From Gammaproteobacteria bacterium (GTDB lineage Bacteria; Pseudomonadota; Gammaproteobacteria; GCA-001735895), in assembly GCA_026989015.1 (NCBI GenBank), contig JALSKD010000183.1, positions 8,462 to 72,461 of the forward strand: a stretch of DNA of 64,000 nt, in the 5' to 3' direction. The position numbers and the translations under genes are program-made. How positions within the stretch are numbered: the stretch's first letter is position 1; each line of letters begins with the position of its first letter. The notes beneath the pieces are model-generated. The model had not been told where the DNA came from and did no database searches. It saw only the letters and a program-made list of their open reading frames with translations. This document shows, piece by piece, positions 52,334-59,962 of this stretch.

Positions 52334-54388
52334 GTGAAGAACCCCATCCTTCCGCTGAGCCTGGCGATGACCAGTCTGCTCAACCTGTCCCCTGTGTCGG
52401 CCGCCGATGTACCCGATGACGGCATCGAGACGATGGTGGTCACCGCCACCCGCGATGCGCAAAAGGCACTGGAGGTCGATGCCAGCATCGATGTCCATGG
52501 CGGCGAAGCGGTCGAACTCGACGATGCCGCGCTGCAGAAGGAATTGCTCAATGCCCTGTCCGGCGTACTGGTCACCCAGACCGGTTCTACCCTGGGGCAC
52601 ATGACGGCCATCCGCATGCCGATCAACACCGGACCCTATTATCTGTTTCTGCAGGACGGTATCCCGCTGCAGTCGTCCGGATTCTTCAACCATAATGGTC
52701 TGGCCTATGGCAATTTCACCACGGCCGGATCGGTGGAAGTGCTCAAGGGCGCGGGCACGGCGCTTTACGGATCCGACTCGGTGGCGGCGACCATCAACAT
52801 CCGCAGTCGGGCTGAAGAGGGGCGTCGCATGCGCATCGAGGGAGGCAGCGACGGGTTCCGACGTCTCGATCTCGGTCTGGGGGCCGATTTCGATGCCAGC
52901 AGTCTGGGACTCAATCTGTCGGTTCAGCGCAACGACGGCTGGCGTGACCATACCGAAAGCGAACGCGAGGAAGCGGGTCTCGTCCACAGGGTTGATCTCG
53001 ATTCGGGTGGGCAGGTGAAGACCGTGTTCACCGCCAACCGCACCGATGCGCAAATGGCCGGCAGTCTGATCGGGCTGGATGCCTTGGAGCAGGATCCGAC
53101 CTCGGTGGGCGACATCCAGTCGGCGCTGGATTCGGGGCTGGAGATCAACCGCAAGTTCGACTTCGCGCGCCTGAGCAGCGAATGGACTGCCGATGTCGGT
53201 GATTCGGTTTCGGCCAGCGTCATCGGCTATCTGCGCAGCACACGCAACCGCTATATCGCCACCTGGCAGAAAAACCTGCCCCATAACGACAGCCAGCAGG
53301 ACAGCTTCGGAATGCTGGCCAAGCTGAGGCTGGATCAGGACAGTCGGCGCTGGATCCTCGGTGCGGATGTGGAAATCACCCAGTCCTCCCTGGTCTATAC
53401 CCAGCTGTTCGACTATACGCCTTCCGGCTGGGGATCCCCGGTCCCGGCCGGGGAGATCTACAACTACGATGTCGACTACCTGGCGCTGGCCCCCTACCTG
53501 CGTGTGGAACAGCAGATCGGGGATGACCTGACGCTGACCGCGGGCCTGCGATACGACCGTAACAGCTTCGATTACACGAACAATCTGGCAGACGGCCAGT
53601 ATGCCGGTTCCAGTTATTCCCGTCCCGGCGACGATCTGGACCCGGACTTCGAGCACTGGAGTCCCAAGCTGAGTCTGGGCTGGCAGATCGACGAACGGCA
53701 GCGTCTGTATGCGCGTTATGCCAATGGTTTTCGCATTCCTCAGGCCAGCCGGCTGTATTCGCTGAAGACCGACAACATCGAATCGGATCTGGATCCGGAA
53801 GTGACCGACACGCTGGAAGTCGGCTACAAGCGCAGCGTGGATGGGTTCCACCTCGAACTGGCGCTGTACACGATGCGCATCGATGACAGCATTGTCCGCC
53901 GCGAAAACAGTAATGGCGATCGCTACTATGTCAATGGCGGCGAGACACGGCATCAGGGCATCGAGCTTACGGTGGGCAGGCAGTTGACGGATGAACTGGC
54001 GGTGCGACTGGCCGCCAGCCGATCGCGCCATGAATATGTCGATGACCCGGTCTACGGCGACAATGAGCAGGCTTCGGCACCCGAGAACCTGGCCAATCTC
54101 AGGCTGCTGTACCGCCCCGATTCACTGCCGGGGCTTACCTCGATGCTGGAATTCCAGCATGTAGGCGAATACTGGCTGGACGATGCCAACACCCGCAGCT
54201 ATGACGGCTATACGGTTGCCAACCTGAAGGCCCTGTACCGGGTCAGCGAACGGTTAAAGATCAACATCAAGATCAACAATCTGCAGGATGAGATCTACGC
54301 CGAGCGTGCCACCTACAGCTACGGCAAGGAGAAATATACCCCTGGCGCGCCGCGCCAGGTCTTCATCGGCCTCGAGTACCGGCTGTGA
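52334..54388 (+). CDS. TonB-dependent outer-membrane receptor
   Basis: GTG start with a GGAG RBS. Signal peptide, TonB box ETMVVTAT, plug domain and a long beta-barrel. Confidence 0.88.
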   Translation: MKNPILPLSLAMTSLLNLSPVSAADVPDDGIETMVVTATRDAQKALEVDASIDVHGGEAVELDDAALQKELLNALSGVLVTQTGSTLGHMTAIRMPINTGPYYLFLQDGIPLQSSGFFNHNGLAYGNFTTAGSVEVLKGAGTALYGSDSVAATINIRSRAEEGRRMRIEGGSDGFRRLDLGLGADFDASSLGLNLSVQRNDGWRDHTESEREEAGLVHRVDLDSGGQVKTVFTANRTDAQMAGSLIGLDALEQDPTSVGDIQSALDSGLEINRKFDFARLSSEWTADVGDSVSASVIGYLRSTRNRYIATWQKNLPHNDSQQDSFGMLAKLRLDQDSRRWILGADVEITQSSLVYTQLFDYTPSGWGSPVPAGEIYNYDVDYLALAPYLRVEQQIGDDLTLTAGLRYDRNSFDYTNNLADGQYAGSSYSRPGDDLDPDFEHWSPKLSLGWQIDERQRLYARYANGFRIPQASRLYSLKTDNIESDLDPEVTDTLEVGYKRSVDGFHLELALYTMRIDDSIVRRENSNGDRYYVNGGETRHQGIELTVGRQLTDELAVRLAASRSRHEYVDDPVYGDNEQASAPENLANLRLLYRPDSLPGLTSMLEFQHVGEYWLDDANTRSYDGYTVANLKALYRVSERLKINIKINNLQDEIYAERATYSYGKEKYTPGAPRQVFIGLEYRL

Positions 54389-55779
54389 GGCTCTATACCG
54401 TCGCCCGGATCCACCGCTATGCCGGGCTGGGTCTGGGCGGCATTCTGTTTCTGCTGGCGTTCACCGGATTTTTTCTCGATCACGAATCCTTCGATTTCCT
54501 GTCACGCTGGCGCATCGACCCGCGCCATCTGCCGGACGCGGTCATGGACAAGGCGCGTCAGGGCTTCGAGGCCTACAAGATCGATCCGGCCGATCCGGAA
54601 CACCGGATTGCCGCTTCCTGGCAGGGGTTGTGGCTGAGTCGCGATGGCGGCCGCAGCTGGATGCTCGCGCTGGAACGGCCGGTGCTGAGGGTGGAGCCAA
54701 GGCGCAGCGGTCCTGATGAAGACTATTCCGAACTCTTTGCCGCCTCGACCGATGGCGTCTGGCGCAGCCAGGACGGTGGTGCGCACTGGCAGCGGCTGAT
54801 GGCCACTGACGCAGCGGTCAATGACCTGTCCAGTTATCATCCCTGGCTGCTGGCGGTTGAAGACAAGCGCCATCTGTGGCGTATCGATACCCGTAGCGGA
54901 CAGGCGGAGCGGCTTGCCGTCACCCCTGTCCCCCGTCATCTGCTGCCATCGCACATTACCCTGGGGCGGCTGATGCGTGACTTGCATTATGGCCGCGGAC
55001 TCTTCAGTGGCGATCTCTCGCTATGGATCAACGACTTTTCGGCCCTGCTGCTGGTGTTTCTGTCGCTGAGTGGGTTGATCATCTATATGAAAACCCGCCG
55101 TATCAAAGGCGGGCAGTCCGATCAGCGGGGATCCCTGCTGCTCTGGCGGCGCTGGCATTCCAATGGCTGGGTATTGTTGGGCTTTGCGCCGGTGCTGTTG
55201 TTGTTCGTCAGTGGCGTGTTTCTCGATCATCCTCAGGGCTTGAGGGACATCATGAAACAGACCCATATTCCCTTGCGGTTCCTGCCCCCGGTCTACCGAG
55301 ATCTGTCCACCGACATCTGGAGTATCGACTTTGACGGTGAACGCTACCGCATCGGCAACCGGCTCGGGGTGTTCGTATCCACGGACTTGCGGCAGTGGCA
55401 GCGCGAATCGGAAGGCTTTGCCTGGCGCATGACCCGTCTCGGCGACAAGCTGTTCGTCAGCGGCATGGGCAGCATGAACCGTCTGCACGACGGAGAGGAA
55501 TGGTACATGCTGCCCGGTACGCCGCACATGCCGCGTGATGTGTACACTGCCGGGAAGGACTGGGGCCTGCTGACCCGCGATGCCCGTAATGAGCTGCCTC
55601 TGCCAGAACCGGATGCGGCCAGACTCTACGACCTGTTGCTGGCATTGCATGACGGCGAGTTTTTCCACCCGCTTTGGGTGTGGGTGAATGATATTTCGGT
55701 GCTTGCCGGGCTGGTACTGTTGTGGAGCGGCTGGATCAAATGGCGGCACCACCGCCGTCAACGCAGGCGTTACCGATAG
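54385..55779 (+). CDS. PepSY-associated-TM-type membrane protein with Asp-box (BNR) repeats in the large loop
   Basis: N-terminal RIHRYAGLGLGGILFLLAFTGFFLDH is PepSY_TM-like. Asp-boxes SRDGGRSW and SQDGGAHW. C-terminal TM segments. 4-nt overlap with the receptor gene. Confidence 0.65.
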   Translation: MRLYTVARIHRYAGLGLGGILFLLAFTGFFLDHESFDFLSRWRIDPRHLPDAVMDKARQGFEAYKIDPADPEHRIAASWQGLWLSRDGGRSWMLALERPVLRVEPRRSGPDEDYSELFAASTDGVWRSQDGGAHWQRLMATDAAVNDLSSYHPWLLAVEDKRHLWRIDTRSGQAERLAVTPVPRHLLPSHITLGRLMRDLHYGRGLFSGDLSLWINDFSALLLVFLSLSGLIIYMKTRRIKGGQSDQRGSLLLWRRWHSNGWVLLGFAPVLLLFVSGVFLDHPQGLRDIMKQTHIPLRFLPPVYRDLSTDIWSIDFDGERYRIGNRLGVFVSTDLRQWQRESEGFAWRMTRLGDKLFVSGMGSMNRLHDGEEWYMLPGTPHMPRDVYTAGKDWGLLTRDARNELPLPEPDAARLYDLLLALHDGEFFHPLWVWVNDISVLAGLVLLWSGWIKWRHHRRQRRRYR

Positions 55780-56234
55780 CGCTTTCCCTTGTGTTGCAAC
55801 CAGCCGTCAGGGTGTCGACCGGCGGGATCGTGGTGGGTCCAGTGCAGCACGCCGCCCCGGTCGTTCCATTCGTATTCGCCGTAGAACTCGATTCGATCCC
55901 CTGTTTGCAGATCGTCGATGCGCGGCGCCAGATCGATGTTGTGGGCGACCAGCAGGGTACCGCCAGACGGCAGCCGCAGGATGAATTTCTGGTGCCGGCT
56001 GCCCTCGTTGTCGTCGCGCAGCAGGCGGATCACGGTGCCACTGCCGCGCACCTGGACATCGCTCTGGCGCTCGCGGATGGCCTGTGCCAAGCGTTCCCTG
56101 CCGGCTTCGGGCTGGTGGACCGTCGGCGCCGGTTCGGGCCGGGCCGTTGCATCGGTGGGTCGCTGTTCCAGCCAGCCGAACACGGCGGCGACGACCAGAA
56201 TCAGCAGGGTCGCGTATCTGCGGTAGTGTTTCAT
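55770..56234 (-). CDS. DUF3465-like protein with N-terminal membrane anchor
   Basis: ATG 56234 inside track ORF 55770..56426. RGSGTVIRLLRDDNEGSRHQKFILRL...FYGEYEWNDRGGVLHWTHHDP. Confidence 0.7.
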   Translation of the reverse strand: MKHYRRYATLLILVVAAVFGWLEQRPTDATARPEPAPTVHQPEAGRERLAQAIRERQSDVQVRGSGTVIRLLRDDNEGSRHQKFILRLPSGGTLLVAHNIDLAPRIDDLQTGDRIEFYGEYEWNDRGGVLHWTHHDPAGRHPDGWLQHKGKRYR

Positions 56235-56244
56235 CGGGCTGTGC

Positions 56245-56604
56245 TCAGCGTCCGGTCGGTTCCACGAACGCGCGATAATAGCGTCTGGATCGCTCGCGTC
56301 CCAGTTCGAGTTGCGTGTGTGACATCTGCGGGCGCAGGCGCTGAAGGCAGCGCATGGCCTTGCGCGAGCCCTGGGCGGCTGCGATCTTGAGCCAGGCGTA
56401 GGCCTCCACCGGATCCCGTTCGACACCCAGTCCGCGGGCGTGCATCAATCCGGTCATGTACTGGGCGTCGCGAAATCCCTGGCGTGCGGAATGGGCGAAC
56501 CAGGCGGCGGCCTGTTGGTAATCCCTCTGCTCCGGCGGCGCCTTGCGAAACATCTGCCCGAGTTCGAATTGCGTGATGCTGCTGCGCTGTTCGGCATGGA
56601 TCAT
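56245..56604 (-). CDS. Sel1-repeat protein (119 aa)
   Basis: ATG 56604 with a GGAGGA RBS, inside track ORF 56245..56907. AAAWFAHSARQGFRDAQYMTGLMHARGLGVERDPVEAYAWLKIAAAQG. Confidence 0.7.
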   Translation of the reverse strand: MIHAEQRSSITQFELGQMFRKAPPEQRDYQQAAAWFAHSARQGFRDAQYMTGLMHARGLGVERDPVEAYAWLKIAAAQGSRKAMRCLQRLRPQMSHTQLELGRERSRRYYRAFVEPTGR

Positions 56605-56699
56605 GGCATCTCCTCCCTGTGGTGATGCGCGCAGTATAGAATTGCCACCTTGCCGCCGGCTGTGAAGTGGGCAACACTCTGCGGCAGATGGAGGCCGTG

Positions 56700-57188
56700 A
56701 TGGACGGATTTCAGATAGCACTCTCCGCGTTGTTGCTGGTGGCGGTACATGGCGCACCGATAATCGCACGCAAGCTGCTGGGCGCCTGCTGTGCGTGGCC
56801 GCTGGATTTCTCCTTGCGCCTGGCTGACGGTCAGCCCCTGCTCGGCCATTCCAAGACCTGGCGCGGAGTCGCCGCGGCCTTGCTCGCCGGGCTGCTGCTG
56901 GCGCCACTGACGGGGCTGACGCCCGGGGAAGGCCTGCAGTTTGCCGCCTGGGCCATGCTCGGCGACGCCGGTTCCAGCTTCATCAAGCGCCGTCTGGGGC
57001 TGGCGCCCAGCGCACGCTTCCGCGGACTGGATCAATGGCCGGAATCCCTGCTTCCGCTGTGGATGCTGCGCCAGCCGCTGGAGCTGGATGCCTTTGGTGT
57101 CCTGCTGGTCATAGCGCTGTTCACCCTGTTCGAATGGTGGGTCTCCCCTTGGCTGTATCGCCTGCATATTCGTAAACGGCCTTGGTAG
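56700..57188 (+). CDS. CarS-like (CDP-archaeol synthase / DUF46 family) integral membrane protein
   Basis: ATG 56700 preceded by GGAGG (the track start is GTG 56667). HGAPIIARKLLG...WPLDFSLRLADGQPLLGHSKTWRG resembles the PxD...G..KTWRG signature as I remember it for this family. Confidence 0.55.
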   Translation: MDGFQIALSALLLVAVHGAPIIARKLLGACCAWPLDFSLRLADGQPLLGHSKTWRGVAAALLAGLLLAPLTGLTPGEGLQFAAWAMLGDAGSSFIKRRLGLAPSARFRGLDQWPESLLPLWMLRQPLELDAFGVLLVIALFTLFEWWVSPWLYRLHIRKRPW

Positions 57189-57276
57189 AGACTGATTCTG
57201 CAACCGGAAGCACAATCTGATTGCCTGAGTGCTGTTGTCCGCCTATAGTGCGCCGGTACACAGCGCTCAGAACACA

Positions 57277-57939
57277 ATGAATAACAAGAATAAAAATCTG
57301 ACATTGGTCGCTGCCGATGACCACCGCCTGTTCCTGCAGGGGTTGACGGGCCTGTTGTCCACACTGAATGGTGTGCGGCTGGCCGCCGTATGTGGCGATG
57401 GTGATGCCCTGTTGCGTCTGGTGCTCCACCACCGTCCGGATCTGGTGCTGCTGGACATTTCGATGCCGGGGCCCCCTGCCGAAGAAACGCTGCAGCGGAT
57501 CGCGGCGGGTTCGCCGCGGACCCGCGTGGTGGTTCTGACCATGCACCTCGACAACGGTCTGTCTCGGCGCCTGTTTGAACTCGGTCTCTGGGCCTATGTG
57601 TCCAAGAGCGATGCCTTCGAAGAACTGTCCGGCGCCATCGAAGCCGTCCGCAAGGGACTGCGCTATGTATCTCCGGCGCTGCAGGCCCAGGCCAGGATTG
57701 AAGCCGGTCAGGACGCCAGATTGGGTAAAACGGCTGCGGTGTCCCTGAGCGGACGGGAGCTGGCGGTGCTGGAGTGGGCCGCCCGGGGGGAGACCCACCA
57801 GTCAATTGCCGATGCCTTGTGCATCACCGAGCGCACGGTGCGCTTCCACCTCGGAAAGTGCTGTGAAAAACTCGGTGCCAAAAGCAAGGCTCATGCCATA
57901 GCACTGGCCACGCAACGCCGACTGATCAGGGTGGACTGA
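57277..57939 (+). CDS. NarL/FixJ (LuxR-type HTH) response regulator
   Basis: ATG 57277 inside track ORF 57229..57939. Receiver LVAADDHRLF...LLDISMPG. HTH LSGRELAVLEWAARGETHQSIADALCITERTVRFHL. Confidence 0.9.
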   Translation: MNNKNKNLTLVAADDHRLFLQGLTGLLSTLNGVRLAAVCGDGDALLRLVLHHRPDLVLLDISMPGPPAEETLQRIAAGSPRTRVVVLTMHLDNGLSRRLFELGLWAYVSKSDAFEELSGAIEAVRKGLRYVSPALQAQARIEAGQDARLGKTAAVSLSGRELAVLEWAARGETHQSIADALCITERTVRFHLGKCCEKLGAKSKAHAIALATQRRLIRVD

Positions 57940-59790
57940 TCAGCGCCCCAAAGGCATGTGTACGGTGATCCGAGTCCCTTCCCCTGGGTGTGTGTCGATA
58001 GCGAACTGACCGCCCATCATCGCCGCGCGTTCGCGCAGACTTACCAGCCCGAGCCCCTGACTCTTCCTGTTCGTGCCCTGCTGAATACGGCCAAAACCCT
58101 GGCCATCGTCGTGTATTCGAAACTCCGCCTGGCTGCCCTCCTGTTTCAACGACACTGTAATGTGCCGGGCCTTGCCGTGGCGGATGGCGTTGTGCACGGC
58201 CTCCTGGAAGATCCGGAACAAGTGCAGTTCGGTTTCGCGGTCCAGTGTGCCGGCCGGGTCGACCTCCAGGGTGATGCACAGGCCGGGGTGCAAGGACTCA
58301 AGATGGGACGCTTCATCACGGAGTGCCGCATGCAGGCCGCGTTGATCCAGTTGCAGGGGATGCAGCCCGCCCAGGATCCGCCGAAAGTCGACGATGGCCT
58401 GATCGAGTTCATCGCGAATGGTGCTCAGTTGCCTGCTCGGTGTGGACTGGAGTGCCAGTTGGGTGCGCAACTTGATAGCGGAAAGACTCTGGCCGATACC
58501 GTCATGCAATTCACGTGAGAGCTTGGCATGGATTGCATCGGCCATGCCCACCACGCGGCGGGACAGCGCACGGTAATCGGTCTGCATCTGCTGCAGACGA
58601 AGGATATAGGCATAGAGCAGCGCATAACGGTAGAACAGGCTGCCGATCTGAATGTTGCGATGGCCGAAGTAGACTTCCGGCAACCATTGGGTGCGGATCG
58701 AAAGAATGTAAACCACGATCGCCAGCAGCTGAGGCCAAGCGGCGACTCTTTTCTGACGCACGCCTGAAACGGCGCAGGCCACAGCGTAAGCGAATGAAGC
58801 CAGAGCAATGCCGTTGAACAGGTACCAGGCCGCGGTCTTCAATCCATTGTCCGGCCATGGCAGCAACAGCGTCAGGCTGCTGATACCCCAGATCAAGGCC
58901 AGAGTGCGCAGCAGGGTGCGGGGAATGTTCCGGTGCTGCGCATGGAAATACAACGCGATGGATGGTGGGACGCCCAGCATGGCGACTGCCATCAGAAAGT
59001 TGGCGTGTATGTTCAGACCGGTCAGGTAAAACACATCATGTCCGGAAGCCCCAAGCAGCATCAGCAGACTGGTGATCAGCAACCATTTGAACTCCGGGAA
59101 TATCTGTTGACTGCGGCGCAACAAGAGAAGAATCAGCAGCACATCGACGATCCCAAGGGTTATGAACACGCTGTCCAGGATACTTCCGGTCAATTGGGTT
59201 TGCCGCTGTTTGGCGCTCAGGTCATCCAGAGGATCGATGCGGATATCTCCATCAATGATTCCGGCACCCCCGGGAAACAGTGCTCCCCAGGTCGGACCGA
59301 AGCCGGTGACGGTACGTATCAGCAACTCATTGTTTCGAGCGCGCAGCAGGCCGGGGGGAATCGGGTAGACGCGTTGTGCGGCCTGAGGGTTGGTGGCACT
59401 GAATTCCCAGGGAGCCTCGAAACGCCCTTCCGCGCCAATGCGTACACCATTGAGACGTGTGTCATCGGCATGGCGAAGCTGTTCAATGAGCAAGGCCTGA
59501 GGCGTCCTGTCGCCAGCGACAGAATCACGGTCGAAACGAAGCCGATACCAGCCGCTGATGGACTGTCCGTGTTGCTGGTTGAGCATTCCGGGAACGGCCA
59601 CATCATGCCAGCCCGGACTGTCACCGGGTGGAGGTTGTTTGCTGCCTGAGTTGTTTTCATGGAATTGCCAGCTGCCGGAGAGCCGTTGAGCCTCTGCAAC
59701 CGGAACAGTCGTGGCCATCGTGCACACCAAAAAAAGCAGCAATGTCTGGATGGCGGGGTGGGGCATGATGTGCATAGGGTAAAGCCTCAA
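57940..59790 (-). CDS. sensor histidine kinase: extracytoplasmic jelly-roll (7TMR-DISMED2 / sugar-binding-like) domain, about 7 TM segments, HisKA_3, HATPase
   Basis: Signal peptide and an N-terminal domain with GWYRLRF. Seven hydrophobic segments. H-box SRELHDGIGQSLSAIKL. HDDGQGF...GLGLVSLRERA. The track start is TTG 59790; ATGs at 59775 and 59766 are alternatives. Confidence 0.85.
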   Translation of the reverse strand: MRLYPMHIMPHPAIQTLLLFLVCTMATTVPVAEAQRLSGSWQFHENNSGSKQPPPGDSPGWHDVAVPGMLNQQHGQSISGWYRLRFDRDSVAGDRTPQALLIEQLRHADDTRLNGVRIGAEGRFEAPWEFSATNPQAAQRVYPIPPGLLRARNNELLIRTVTGFGPTWGALFPGGAGIIDGDIRIDPLDDLSAKQRQTQLTGSILDSVFITLGIVDVLLILLLLRRSQQIFPEFKWLLITSLLMLLGASGHDVFYLTGLNIHANFLMAVAMLGVPPSIALYFHAQHRNIPRTLLRTLALIWGISSLTLLLPWPDNGLKTAAWYLFNGIALASFAYAVACAVSGVRQKRVAAWPQLLAIVVYILSIRTQWLPEVYFGHRNIQIGSLFYRYALLYAYILRLQQMQTDYRALSRRVVGMADAIHAKLSRELHDGIGQSLSAIKLRTQLALQSTPSRQLSTIRDELDQAIVDFRRILGGLHPLQLDQRGLHAALRDEASHLESLHPGLCITLEVDPAGTLDRETELHLFRIFQEAVHNAIRHGKARHITVSLKQEGSQAEFRIHDDGQGFGRIQQGTNRKSQGLGLVSLRERAAMMGGQFAIDTHPGEGTRITVHMPLGR

Positions 59791-59865
59791 GCAAGCGCGA
59801 TCCAGCCGTCGCTGCAGGTTGCGGGTTGCGGGCGAACTGTGTCCCGGTTCACGCTGCCGTCAAAG

Positions 59866-59895
59866 ACTGTCGGAACCGACAGTTGTTGCTGTCGG
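59866..59895. promoter_or_regulatory. perfect palindrome ACTGTCGG-AA-CCGACAGT plus a third CTGTCGG half-site upstream of the large lipoprotein gene
   Basis: Palindrome at 59866-59883 and the extra half-site at 59889-59895. Abuts a possible -35 (TTGTTG 59883-59888), 70-95 nt before the ATG at 59963. Confidence 0.35.
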
Positions 59896-59962
59896 CGCAT
59901 CTACTAGCTTCAGCTATGGAAGTGCATAAAGCATGTCTTTTCACCAATCAGGTAACATAACA

